This document shows positions 40,120-53,005 of a stretch of DNA of 64,000 nt, piece after piece; position 1 is the first letter of the stretch, and every line of letters starts with the position of its first letter. Made by a program: the position numbers and the translations under genes. Origin of the DNA: the human T2T-CHM13v2.0 reference genome, Homo sapiens; assembly GCF_009914755.1 (NCBI RefSeq), contig NC_060933.1; one strand, written 5' to 3'. The notes beneath the pieces are model-generated. The model was not told the origin of the DNA and made no database searches. It saw only the letters and a program-made list of their open reading frames with translations.

Positions 40120-42420
40120 CCTTACCATCTCATTAAAACCTAATCACCCTTACCTCGCTTAATGCCAATATCCCATCCCACAGCATGCTTTGAAAGGATT
40201 AAAGCCTGTTATCACTCGCCTGCTAAAGCACGGCCTTTTAAAGCCTATAAACTCTCCTTACAATTCCCCGATTTTACCTGTCCTAGAACCAGACAAGCCT
40301 TACAGGTTAGTTCAGGATCTGCGCTTTATCAACCAAATTGTTTCGCCTATCCATCCCATGGTGCCAAACCCATATACTCTCCTATCCTCAATACCTCCCT
40401 CCACAACCCATTATTCTGTTCTGGATCTCAAACATGCTTTCTTTACTATTCCTTTGCACCCTTAATCCCAGCCTCTCTTCGCTTTCACTTGGACTGACCC
40501 TGATACCCATCAATCTCAGCAAATTACCTGGGCTATATGGCCACAAAGCTTCACAGACAGCCCCCATTATTTCAGTCAAGCCCAAATTTCTTCCTCATCT
40601 GTTACCTATCTCGGCATAATTCTCATAAAAACACACGTGCTCTCCCTGCTGATCGTGTCTGACTGATCTCTCAAACCCCAGCATCTTCTACAAAACAACA
40701 ACTCCTTTCCTTCCTGGCATGGTTAGTGTGGTCAGAATTCTTACACAAAAGCCGGGAGCACACCCTGTAGCCTTTCTGTCCAAACAACTTGACCTTACTG
40801 TTTTAGCCTAGCCCTCATGTCTGCATGCAGAAGCTGCCGCTGCTTTAATACTTTTAGAGGCCCTAAAAATCACAAACTATGCTCAACTCACTCTCTACAG
40901 TTCTCATAACTTCCAAAATCTATTTTCTTCCTCATACGTGACACATATACTTTCTGCAACCCGGCTCCTTCAGCTGTACTCACTCTTTGTTGAGTCTCCC
41001 ACAATTACCATTGTTCCTGGCACGGACTTCAATCTGGCTTCCCACATTATTCTGGATACCACACCTGACCCTCATGACTGTATCTCTCTGATCGACCTGA
41101 CATTCACCCCATTTCCCAATATTTCCTTCTTTCCTGTTCCTCACCCTGATCACATTTAGTTTATTGATGGCAGTTCCACCAGGCCTAATCGCCACTCACC
41201 AGCAAAGGCAGGCTATGCTTATAGTATCTTCCACATTTATCATTGAGGCTACCGCTCTGCCCCACTCCACTACCTCTCAGCAAGCTGAATTAGTTGCCTT
41301 AACTCAAGCCCTCACTCTTGCAAAAGGACTACGCGTCAATATTTATACTGACCCTAAATATGCCTTTCATATTCTGAACCACCATGCTGTTATATAGGCT
41401 GAAAGAGGTTTCCTCACTACGCAAGGGTCCTCCATCATTAATGCCTCTTTCATAAAAACTCTGTTCAAGGCTGCTTTACTTCCAAAAGAAGCTGGAGTCA
41501 TTCAATGCAAAGGCCATCAAAAGGTGTCAGATCCCATTGCTCTAGGCAATGCTTATGCTGATAAGGTTGATAAGGTGGCTAGACAAGCAGCTAGTTTTCC
41601 AACTTCTGTCGCTCACAGCCAGTTTTTCTCCTTCACATCAGTCACTCCCACCTACTCCCCCGCTGAAACTTGCACCTATCAATCTCTTCCCACACAAGGC
41701 AAATGGTTCTTAGACCAAGGAAAATATCTCCTTCCAGCCTCACAGGCCCATTCTATTCTGTTGTCATTTCATAACCTCTTCCATGTAGGTTACAAGCCGC
41801 CAGCCCGTCTCTTAGAACCTCTCATTTCCTTTCCATCATGGAAATCTGTCCTCAAGGAAATCACTTCTCCGTGTTCCATCTGCTATTCTACTACCCCTCA
41901 GGGATTGTTCAGGCCTCCTCCCTTCCCTACACATCAAGCTCGGGGATTTGCCCCTGCCCAGGACTGGCAAATTGACTTTACTCACATGCCCCGAGTCAGA
42001 AAACTAAAATACCTCTTAGTCTAGGTACACACTTTCACTGGATAGGTAGAGGCCTTTCCCACAGGGTCTGAGAAGGCCACCGCCTTTTCTTCCCTTCTGT
42101 CAGACATAATTCCTTGGTTTGGCCTTCCCACCTCTATACAGTCTGATAACAGACCAGCCTTTATTAGTCAAATTAGCCAAGCAGTTTTTCAGGCTCTTGG
42201 TATTCAGTGAAACCTTTATATCCCTTATAGTCCTCAGTCTTCAGGAAAGGTAGAATGGACTAATGGTCTTTTAAAAACACACCTCACCAAGCTCAGCCAC
42301 CAACTTAAAAAGGACTAGACAATACTTTTACCGCTTTCTTTTCTCAGAATTCAGGCCTGTCCTCGGAATGCTACAGGGTACAGCCCATTTGAGCTCCTGT
42401 ATAGATGCTCCTTTTTATTA
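40120..42420 (+). pseudogene. pol: HERV-H pol relic (RT, RNase H, integrase)
   Basis: SPYNSPILPV, YRLVQDLR, YSVLDLKHAFF (RT); SQQAELVALTQAL, NIYTDPKYAF (RNase H); DWQIDFTHMP (IN). Multiple stops; the YxDD-bearing segment is absent between FSQA and QISS (~40580). Confidence 0.92.
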
Positions 42421-43044
42421 GGCCCCCGTCTCACTCCAGACACCAGACCAACTTGGACTGTGCCCCAAAAAACTTGTCATCCCTACTATCTTCTGTCTAG
42501 TCATACTCCTATTCACAGTTCTCAACTACTCATACATGCCCTGCTCTTGTTTACACTGCTGGTTTACACTGTTTCTCTAAGCCATCACAGCTGATATCTC
42601 CTGGTGCTATCCCTAAACTGCCACTCTTAACTCTTAAAGTAAATAAATAATATTTGCTGGCAGGACTATGCTGAATCTCCTTAGGCATGCTCTAATTAGA
42701 TGTCCTGGGTCCTCCCAATTCTTAGACCTTTAGTACCTGTTTTTCTCCTTCTCTTATTCCGTTTAGTTTTTCAATTCATACAAAACCATATCCAGGCCAT
42801 CACCAATAATTCTAAATGACAAATGTTTCTTCTAACAGTCCCACAATATCACCCCTTACCACAAAATCTTCCTTCAGCTTAATCTCTCCCACTCTAGGTT
42901 CCCACACCACCCCTAATCCCACTTGAAGTAGCCCTGAGAAACATCACCCATTATCTCTCCGTACCACCCCCAAAAAATTTTCACCATCCCAACACTTTAC
43001 CACTATTTCATTTTATTTTTCTTATTAATATAAGAAGACAGGAA

Positions 43045-43456
43045 TGCCAGGCCTCTGAGCCCAAGCTAAGCCATCATATCCCCTGTGACCTGCACGTACA
43101 CATCCAGATGGTCGGTTCCTGCCTTAACTGATGACATTCCACCACGAAAGAAGTGAAAATGGCCTGTTCCTGCCTTAACTGATGACATTGTCTTGTGAAA
43201 TTCCTTCTCCTGGCTCATCCTGGCTCAAAAGCTCCCCGACTGAGCACCTTGTGACCCCCCACTCCTGCTCACCAGAGAACAGCCCCACTTTTTCCTTTAC
43301 CCAAATCCTATAAAACGGCTCCACCCCATCTCCCACCCCATCTCCCTTCGCTAACTGTCTTTTCCGACTCAGCCTGCCTACACCCAGGTGAAATAAACAG
43401 CTTTATTGCTGACACAAAGCCTGTTTGGTGGTCTCTTCACACGGACATGAGTGAAA
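43045..43456 (+). promoter_or_regulatory. HERV-H 3' LTR7 (412 bp) with poly(A) signal
   Basis: Direct repeat of 37257-37656; AATAAA 43392-43397; 12-bp tandem duplication CCACCCCATCTC at 43321-43344. Confidence 0.95.
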
Positions 43457-43710
43457 CAGGTGACCTTTGTTTTGGGGAGGAAATTTTAGATGTAACACCA
43501 AAACCATGATAGATGATAGAAAAAAATTGATAAGTTGGACTTTATTAAAATAAAAACCTCTGCTCTATGAAAAACACTATTTAAAAATGAAAAGACAAGT
43601 CACAGACTGGGAGAAAATATTTGCAAAACACATGTCTGATAAAGAATTTGTAACCAAAACATGTAAGAATTCTTAAAACTCAGCAATAAGAAAATAAGAA
43701 ATTCAATTAA

Positions 43711-44008
<298 letters not shown>

Positions 44009-46072
44009 AAGAAATTCAATTAAAAATGGACAGAAGATCTGAACAGACATCTAACCAAGGAAGATATAGCAAATAAGCACACACAAAAATGTTCAACATT
44101 ATATGCCACTAGGGAATAAAACATTAAAACGACAATGAGATACCACCACACACCTATTAGAATGGCTAGAATTCAAAATACTGACAATATTAAGTTCTTG
44201 CGAGGATGTAGAACAATAGGAACTCTTATGTATTGCTGTGGAAATGCAAAATGATACAGCCACTCTAGAGGAAAGTTTGAGTCTTACAAACCTAAACATA
44301 ACCATATCATATAATCTAGCAGTTGAAGTTCTAGGTATTTACCAAGCTAAATTCAAAGCAAAAGCATGCCCAGAGATGTTTATCACAGCTTTATTTATAC
44401 TCACCAAAAACTGGAAGCAATCAACATATCCTTCAATATGCGAATGAATAGATAAGCATTCAAACATCCATACAATGGAATACTATTCAGTGCTAAGATG
44501 AAATGAGCTACCAAGCCATGGAAAGAGATGAAGGGACCTTAAATGCATATTGCCAAGTGACAGAAGCCAGTCTGAAAAGGCAGCATACTGTATGATTCCA
44601 ACTATATGACATTATAGGAAAGTCAAAACTATAAAGGAAGTAAAATATCAGTGGTTACTGGGGGCTCACAGTGGGGCTGTGACATAAGTTAGTAAAGAAT
44701 TAGAAATTTCTAGGGCAGTAAAACTACTCTGTATAATACTGTAAGGGGTGGTTACATGACATCATGCATTTGTGAAAGCCCACAGAACTGTAAAATACAA
44801 AGAGCAAACCCAAATTTAAACCATGGACTTTAGTTAAACATAATGTATCAATATTGGTTTATCACAACAAACCATATGACTATAAAATATTCATAACTAG
44901 ACATTGTGGGGCAGGGGTGAGAATATGAGAATTCTCTGTACTATCTGCTCATTTCTTCTGTAAATTTGAAACTTTTAAAAAATGGTTATTAATTTAAAAA
45001 CAAGATTAACATGTGTTGAATATAGAAATAAATTGCAGAAACTTCAAGAAGAAAGGCAAGGAGACCAGTTAGGTAACATTAGAGGATGATGGTGGTGCTC
45101 TGAAATATGGTAAGTGCAATAAGCATGAATTAAAATTGAAAAATTCAAAAGGCTGTGATGATGTAGAGTCAATCAAATTGCTGAGACAGAGAGTAAGTTA
45201 AAGGGTAGGCAAGAAGTTGTGACAGATAAAGAGGAGACAAGTTGATCCTTCAAGTTTCTGGCTTGGCAAAAAAAAAAAAAAAAAAAATTATCTTCGGCAA
45301 TCACCAACCACTATTGTACTAGAAAGAAATAACCACTGGTGTTATGGGTATTTATCTTGCTAAAGTCTACAAACATTGCTAGTAATTTTGCTAAAAATAA
45401 TAGATTGGAACTATTTTAATGTTTTCTATGGCATTTCACAGGCTTATAGAGACAGTATTCTATCGTTAACGATGAAAGATTCTTGGTACAGAACAGTGCC
45501 TAAACCATTTGCTTTTGTAGTCAGACCTTTGGAAACATGGATTTTGATCAGTTCTTCTCATGTTGGGTGTAGTAAAATGAATTGCTGTTGACTACACTGG
45601 CAATTTAAGCCTGCTTTTAAACAGACTTTAGCAATGGTAAGATGATCAGTTACCTATGATTTCAAAAAAGGAGATTCTGATCCATATTGTGGAGCAGCAG
45701 AGGCATCTTTTTAATCTCCATGCCTTTTTGTCATTGCTTACACTCCTGTTGTCAAAACCTGTGATGAACTGGGGAGAAAAGATTTATTGGTGTGTTTTCC
45801 TGTCATATAAGACAAGATACACAGGAATGGATGCTTGAAATACTCATTAATAAGACATAGGTTGTCAGTATTATATAGCAGGGCAGGCTAAATCCATTAT
45901 CATCAAGGTAAGGACCCTCATCTTAAAGGTAATTTACACTAAAAGGTAGGCAAACAGCCAAAGGCCCATAACCCTACTTGCATTTGAAGGTCTTGGAAGA
46001 AAGAAAGAAGAGGCACTATTTTGTTTCATGGTATTGGTTTGTAGAAAATGTTTGATCTCTCCTGCATGCTTG

Positions 46073-46084
46073 CTCTCTCTCTAT

Positions 46085-46124
<40 letters not shown>

Positions 46125-46145
46125 CAGAGAGAGAGGGTGTGTGTG
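46073..46145. repeat. Compound (CT)n(GT)n(GA)n microsatellite
   Basis: Direct reading. Confidence 0.9.
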
Positions 46146-47559
46146 CACGCGCATGTACACTTATGCCTGCCAGCAAAGATAAAAGTCACAAGTAGAGATC
46201 TACTTTCTCCCCTAGTTTTCACTTGATATGAACTATATGATTATTCAGTAAAAAAGAGAGTGAAATTCAGCCAATATTTTTGGACTACTGTGAGGAATCC
46301 ATAGAAATAGAAACATGACACATTTTCCTTGATGACATTAATTTCAAATTTTTGCTCAAATTATCAAACAAGCCATGTTAGACTTAGCTGAGTTTAAACT
46401 TGGCTGAGTTTAGTCTAACATAGCTGACTTCATAGAAGAGATTTCCTGTGAAACATCAAATTCATCCATATTTGTGGACAAAATTCTCAGTAAGTTAGGA
46501 TTTCATTCATCTACACACAAAGAAAACCCTATTACATTAAGGTTTAAGTTTGCTTACAGAACAAGAAGTCCAGAAAGAGTAACCCCTGTATATATTAATT
46601 TTTGAGAAATGTTTTTCAAGTAAAATCATTTATCTTATTTCTCAGATATCTTCTAATGCAAATATAAGTCTTTTAAAAATATTTCTCACAGATTTCTCTA
46701 TTGACTTCAAATCTATTCCTTACTTCCAGGCTCTACATGTATGTTGTCATAAGTCCAAGTTAGCAAAAGGATTGTTTATGTATTTTAGCACAGAATCAAG
46801 AGATTTTCTTCCCTCTCTACAACAAAACTCTCTTTCTAGAGCATCTGGTATGGAAAAGCAGGAAACAATTTTGAGGAACTCTCAAAGACTGAAATTCCGT
46901 AGGTCACTTTGACAGTGTCAGAATTCTAGTATTAATTTCTAAAGTTCACTCAAATACTTCAAATCACTCATGTCTGATTTGTAATCATAGCAATTTCTGA
47001 AAGGCAATTCATATCTACCTAGATGCTTTAAAAGCAAAAGATATCTAGGATAAAAACTCTTTGATAATACCAACCAGACAACCTTTAAAATATTTGTATT
47101 CAGATACAAGAATTCAATTCCACAAAAATGAAATGTAAAATTAAAACCATCTGACTTTACTATATTTCATATTAACTAAGCCCCAGCTGAGCAAGTCAAA
47201 AACATAACTAAGCTCACTTCTAATAAAATTTTTTTTCTAATCAGCTAATACTTACCCAGTGCTCTAATAAGTTGACAGGCTCCCTTCATATACACTGGTA
47301 AGTCATATTTATAATGAAAATAAAGTGTTTAACTCTGAGACCTGGGGAAATAAATAGTATAAGTCTTGAGGATGGTTAAAATAATAGGGGCCTGGAAAAA
47401 TGTGTTATGAGAAAATGAGAAAGCCTTGACTGTTGAAAGAGCTAAGAATTTTTAACATGGAGAGAGATAACACTGGGTCGGAGGATAGGGAAGAGATATA
47501 GGGTAAATAACTATCTAGTTATTTATGAGGTAAACTTTTTTTTTTTTTTTTTTTGCAAA

Positions 47560-47990
47560 GCAAATGATGACACTCCCTACTTAAAATCCTCATTGTATTC
47601 CCAGTATATATTATTCCTAATCACATGTGGACCTGTAACCACTCAGGCCACATCTTGTACCACTTGTTTTTGTGCCCACTTTTGTCAGATCTGTAATGCT
47701 GAACCATTTCTGATGATGTTCCCAGGGAGGACTTTGATGACCATGTTCCTGAAAGGAGTATTCCATCTCCCTAGGCACTTTTTTAGGTACCACCTTTTTT
47801 ATTTCCTTGTCTCTCAGTATTATCTTCTTTATTTGTTCATTGACTCATTTCTTCTTTGCCTTTGCACTAGAATGTATGCTCAATGAGGTGAGGGAATCTT
47901 TGCTTTTATTTACATTTGCATTACTAGGATCCAGAACAGTGGTGCATAGAAGGCGCCCAGTAAATATTTATTGAATTAATCAATTATATC
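47560..47990 (+). mobile_element. L2 3' end fragment
   Basis: CTAGAATGTATGCTCAATGAGG...AGAACAGTGGTGCATAGAAGGCGCCCAGTAAATATTTATTGAAT. Confidence 0.7.
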
Positions 47991-48375
47991 AGAAAGTAGA
48001 ATTCATTTCAATAATGGAAAATAAAGGGTAATACCTTTTCTTTCAATATGAGGAAGAACAGGATAATAATCTGTGAAGGTAAAAATGCAGTGGTTTCTCA
48101 TAAAAGTGCTGAAGCCCAGACTGAAGATGACTTATGTATAGTTGCTTTAGAATCAAGTTGGAAATAAGTGGGAAAACTAAACAAACCAATCTCAAACATT
48201 CCTTCCACAATATGATTCTATGATACAAAATAAATGGACTATGCTGTGAGTTCCTTGAGTGGAGGGGCTTTGTCTTATTCATTTTTATTTTCCCAGTGAA
48301 ATGCCTGGCTCAAATATATTAAATGAGAAAGTCATTTTGAAGTTAATCAATATTTCCAGACTTATTTATTCTCCA

Positions 48376-48876
48376 TGTAGCCATCAGGGTCTAGTAGGGA
48401 CAGAGAAACCCCACCAGTAATTTGAACAGTGAATGTAGAACTGTTAACTATGGTGGTTAAGCCTAGTAGAATGTGGTTAACAATTGATGAAGTATTAGAG
48501 AATTCTAAGGTGTAACAGAAATAGGAACTGCAGGAAGTGGCTCCCTCCCCTAAGGGCTGAGAGAAAAGTGAATAGGAAGAAACATAGAGATTGTAAGTGT
48601 GAGATTCAAAAACTCCTTGCCCACCTATGCAATGAAACCCATGGATTTCAGCACAAAGAGAGCTACTCATCACCATGTGAAACCCAAAACCAGAAAGCAG
48701 CAAGTCCCCTCTTCTCCCTCCAGCCTTACAATCTCCCTCTGTGCTCAACAGTGGGAGAGCCTAATATTGAGCCAGAAGAAAAGAAAAAATGTTGTTTGCT
48801 GAGTCCTGCTCCAGTAGCGCAAAGTAGAACAAAGAAGTACAAGTTCAGTGCCAAGAAGCAACAAATAAATGGCACA
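48376..48876 (-). mobile_element. ERV-L solo LTR of the LTR33/LTR41 group
   Basis: Reverse complement starts TGTGCCATTTATTTGTTGC...CTGGCTCAATATTAGGCTCT; TG...CA termini; perfect 5-bp TSD CTCCA (48371-48375, 48877-48881). Confidence 0.8.
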
Positions 48877-50421
48877 CTCCAAATTTTTCTAACAGTTTTG
48901 AAGGTAGCTTTCAAAGGCACATGTCCTTTAGCAACATAAAAGTAAACACATGCATACAGTCAGAAATAGAGAAGGGCAGGAAAACTAAGATACACCCAGA
49001 GGTTTTATGAATATGCAAAATGCATGCTTTCATGGATGGTATCTGTTTTGTACCCATTATCAAAATTGAGTCTCAAAACATTCTTATGAAATAGATGATA
49101 TCCCACGTTTTATAGATGAAGAATCCCTGTGAAAGTCGTGCTGTTTTTAAATTGCAGGGTGAAAAAATGGTTACACACCAAAGTTTATAATTTCCATTAT
49201 ATTGAACTACCTCCTTGGGATGTGTGAAGAGTTGAGATAGGATTAGAAAGAGACACATTCAGAATGGAAATTGCTGCCTTTGCTCTTTATTTTTTTCTTT
49301 TTATTGCTCTGCTATATTACCTGGGCAAATTTCCTCACCAATATCTCTAGCACAACTATGTATTAAAACAAAACATGGAGACTCAGCAAGTGTAGTAACA
49401 ACATATTACATATAGGTGAAACTCACATGCAAACCCCTGCACTCCTCAAGGGGGTCGTAGAATCCAGTTTTCTCTTTCAAATGAATAAAAAGGCAGAAAT
49501 TTGCAGCTACAGACCCATCAGTACTCAAAGCTGAGCTTTCAAACCAACAAATAAGCAATTAATATTTAAAGAAGAAACAAAAGCCAGGTCAGCAGCAAGC
49601 ATCCTTTAGAAGTCATCATAGAGACCATTTTTATTGACACTTTCATTTTCTTGACCAATTTTTATGTACTTTTATTATAGGATACCTTTAGTTATACACT
49701 CAAGAGCATCATTTCAAAACTCCTTTAAGAAAAAATATAAAAATTTGAGGCATCACTGAATATTTTATCAGGGTTCATTAGGAACTGAACAATAATGATG
49801 AGTCAATCTTGAGTGCAATGAAAAAAGCAACTGCTTCTTTGTGCACAGAAAATGCCACACAGGGTTCATTTGAGTAAGAGGGATATTTCTTACTATTGTT
49901 GAGACTTAGCCAATTTTGTCATTGCAATGGTAAGTTTACATCCAAAGCATATTTAGAATTTGCTCTTATCATCAGCTTCATTGTATAACAAAGACTTTCT
50001 AATACAATTTTAATCTCATATTGGGATCTAGGAGACACTTGGCTAAACCAGTACAAATCTAGCCACTCTGATAATGACATGACCCTAAAATAAAGATTGA
50101 GGTTCTGGGGTAAAAACACTCCTAAGGAATTTTCTGTTGGTAGGTATTAGCTAGTATGATGATCCCTTTCAAGTCACTAAAATAAGATAGTGCTTCAGTG
50201 TACGTAACAGTGGCTGAAATTAGCCTGGCATCACAAATGAGCCAATAACTTAAAAAGAAGGTGACTTTACAGACTTAAAATGAATGTGAAGTTGGCATAA
50301 GCATCATCAAGATATATTTACTTCGCTCCTACAATGCAACATGCCACATGGCTGCAGATATAAATAGGAGCACAATTTCTTGCCTCAAACAGTCCAAAAA
50401 CAGTTAACATCTATTTGGTAA

Positions 50422-50830
50422 TGTGGTAGAACCCAGCTAGATGTTCACCAATTCCTTTTTTTTTTTCCTGGATGCTAGGACACACCACATCTTCCAGTTT
50501 CCTTTGCAGTTAGCTTGCTACTGTGTAATTTGATGCTGCCAAAAGCAACGTAAGTGGAAAATTATGTATACCACTTCCAGGCCAGCCATGAAACAGACTT
50601 TCCCATTTTTCTTACTATGGCTATTTCATGCTGAATGCAAGAGTTTCAGCAAAGTCCAGTGAAGACGTAGAAGCTAGCAACATCACAAGCTGGAAAGCTA
50701 CTTGATCCCTGAATTGCCACGCAGAAGGCTGCCTAGGAAACACCCAAGCAAACTACGGCATAATTTAGAAATATATCGTTGAAATTTAGGGACCGATTAA
50801 CATAGCTAAAGAAGCAACTATTACATGTTA
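50422..50830 (+). mobile_element. MLT1J-type MaLR LTR
   Basis: CCTTTGCAGTTAG...ACCACTTCCAGGCC...GATCCCTGAAT motifs; very diverged. Confidence 0.7.
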
Positions 50831-51102
50831 CACACTGAAGGTGGGACAAATAAAGAAAGACTATAAGTGAGGCTAAATTTTAATCAATCATGACGAAAAA
50901 GCAGTCCTTAAGCAGAAACAAAGAGCCAGAAGTTACGGGCAGGGTCCACACTATAGGAAAGTAAAAGCAGAAATGCTCACATTTACAAAGGAGTAAAAGA
51001 GTCAACTTGGTTGAGGATTGGTGTAGGAAGAATTGGGGTCGGAAACTAAGTAGAGGTCAGATTACATAAAATAAATGATAAGAAGTTGGTATTCCTATAT
51101 GC

Positions 51103-51436
51103 CAGAGGTCAGCAATTTTTTTTTTTTCTCTAAGGGGCCAGATAGTAAATATATTAGGTTTTTCAGGCCATGCCATCTCCATTACAACTATTCAGCTCTG
51201 CCATGGTAGGTGAAAGAAGACATAGATATTATATCCAGAAATCAGTGTGTCTGTGTCCCAATAACACCATATATGAATGTTAAAATTTAAATTGCATGTA
51301 ATTTTCACATATCCGAAGATGGCGTTATTCTTTTGATTTTTTTGAAATCATTAAAAATGTAAAAAGCATTCTTGGCTGACGGGCCATACAAAAGCAGGCA
51401 AGGTGTCAGATGTGACCCATAATTTGTCAAACCCTG
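51103..51436 (+). mobile_element. MER58B (hAT-Charlie non-autonomous DNA transposon)
   Basis: CAGAGGTCAGCAA...AAGGGGCCAGATAGTAAATAT...TTTGTCAAACCCTG termini; 8-bp TSD relic CTATATGC/ATACATGC. Confidence 0.88.
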
Positions 51437-51898
51437 ATACATGCAATGGAGCATCACAGGAGTTTTCAGAAAATGGAGTAAGGACAGGGGCACTAGTGAT
51501 AATCAGTGTTGTACATCTTAACCTGGCCAAGTGCACAAATGGGTATTTGCAGAAGGGCAACTGGAGAAAAAGAGACCAAGAAGCACACCAATGCCAGTGT
51601 ATACAGGCTTGGATTATTTTGTTAATCAGAAAGGAAGGGACAAGATAGATAATAATAGAGGAGAGCATCAAGATTTACTGAATACTTTAAGACCAGATAA
51701 TTGAAAGAATAATGACATCAATAACTAGATTAGAACAACCTAGAGGGTAAAGATTAGGGCAGGTCACCAATTCCTAACCCAATAAATATAGAATACTATA
51801 CTATTAACATCTCAAGTGGCACACATAATTCATTTTTATAATTATATCTGCATAGATTTTCCTGTTGTGGTCTCTCATAATTTATCTCTGAAATACCC

Positions 51899-52484
51899 TG
51901 ATGCCTAATATTAATATTAGGCATCAGCTTGACTTGAGTTGAGGGATGCCCAGATGGCTTGTGAAACATTGTTTTTAGGTGTGAGGGTGTTGCTAGAGGA
52001 GATTGACATTTGAGCTGATGGACTGGGAGAGGAAGACCCACTCTCAATGTGGGTGGCCACCATCCAATGGACTGCCAGCGTGGCTAGAACAGAGCAGGTG
52101 GAAGAAGGTGGGATAAGTTTGCTTGCTGAGTCTTCTGGCTCTATTTCTTCTTCCTCTGCCAGACGCTTGCTTCTGCTCCTCCTGTCTTTGGACATCAGAC
52201 TCCAGGTTCTTCACCCTTTGGACTCGGGTATTTGCACCAGCAGCTTCCTGGGGGCTCTCTGGCCTTTGGTGACAGACTGAAGGCTGCACCGTTAGCTTCC
52301 CTGATTTTGAGGCTTTTGCACTTGGACTGAGCTACTACCAGCTTCTCTCTTTCCCCAGTTTACAGATGGCCTATGGTGGGACTTTGTCTTGTAATCACAT
52401 GAGCCAATTCTCCTTAATAAAATCTCTTTTATAAATACATATATCATATTGGTTCTGTCCCTCTGGAGAAACCTGACTAATGCA
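51899..52484 (+). mobile_element. MLT2A2-like solo LTR (HERV-L)
   Basis: GGACTGGGAGAGGAAGACCCACTCTCAATGTGGGTG...CCTTAATAAA...GTTCTGTCCCTCTGGAGAAACCTGACTAATGCA. Confidence 0.88.
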
Positions 52485-52706
52485 GACCAATATCCAGAAG
52501 AAAACAAAAGCTGATGACAATGAGGCTAATAATTGCCAGGATCTGAGGATTTTCATAAACTACAAATCAGTGGAGAATACTGGGAAGAAATTAAATATTT
52601 TACCTATGTTTTCCCCACATCACTCAAAGATACTAAGAACATGAATTTGCCCTCCCACAAAATATATGCCAAGGGTGCTCTGAATCCTGTGGTGTGGTCC
52701 AACTGT

Positions 52707-52709
52707 GAT

Positions 52710-52768
<59 letters not shown>

Positions 52769-52804
52769 GATAGATAGATAGACAGACAGACATATAGACA
52801 GACA
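52707..52804. repeat. Compound tetranucleotide STR GAT(GATA)14 GAT(GATA)3(GACA)3 TATA(GACA)2
   Basis: Direct reading. Confidence 0.96.
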
Positions 52805-53005
52805 GAGGTTGACAAACTTTTGTGGATAGTGCCAGATAATAAATAGTCTATGTTTTGCACCTAATAAAGTGTTTCTGCAACTACTCAACTCTGCCATTGT
52901 AGCATGAAAGCAGCTATAGACATTATGTAAATAACGGGCAAGACTGTCATTCAATAAAACTCTATTTTACAAGATCAGATGATGTCTTATAGTTTGGTGA
53001 CCCTC
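52803..53005 (+). mobile_element. MER58A (hAT-Charlie)
   Basis: CAGAGGTTGACAAACTTTT...CAACTACTCAACTCTGCCATTGTAGCATGAAAGCAGCTATAGACA...TAGTTTGGTGACCCT. Confidence 0.85.

Larger units (their letters stand above)
37257..43456 (+). mobile_element. HERV-H provirus, two LTRs, env-deleted type (6.2 kb)
   Basis: Paired LTR7s, tRNA-His PBS, gag/pro/pol relics, PPT AAGAAGACAGGAA (43032-43044), 5-bp TSD CAGTT/CAGGT. Confidence 0.97.

Noticed and set aside
39327-42024. HERV-H ORFs as functional CDS
   Set aside because: Short fragments with stops and frameshifts, a degenerate protease active site, the RT YxDD segment deleted and env absent.
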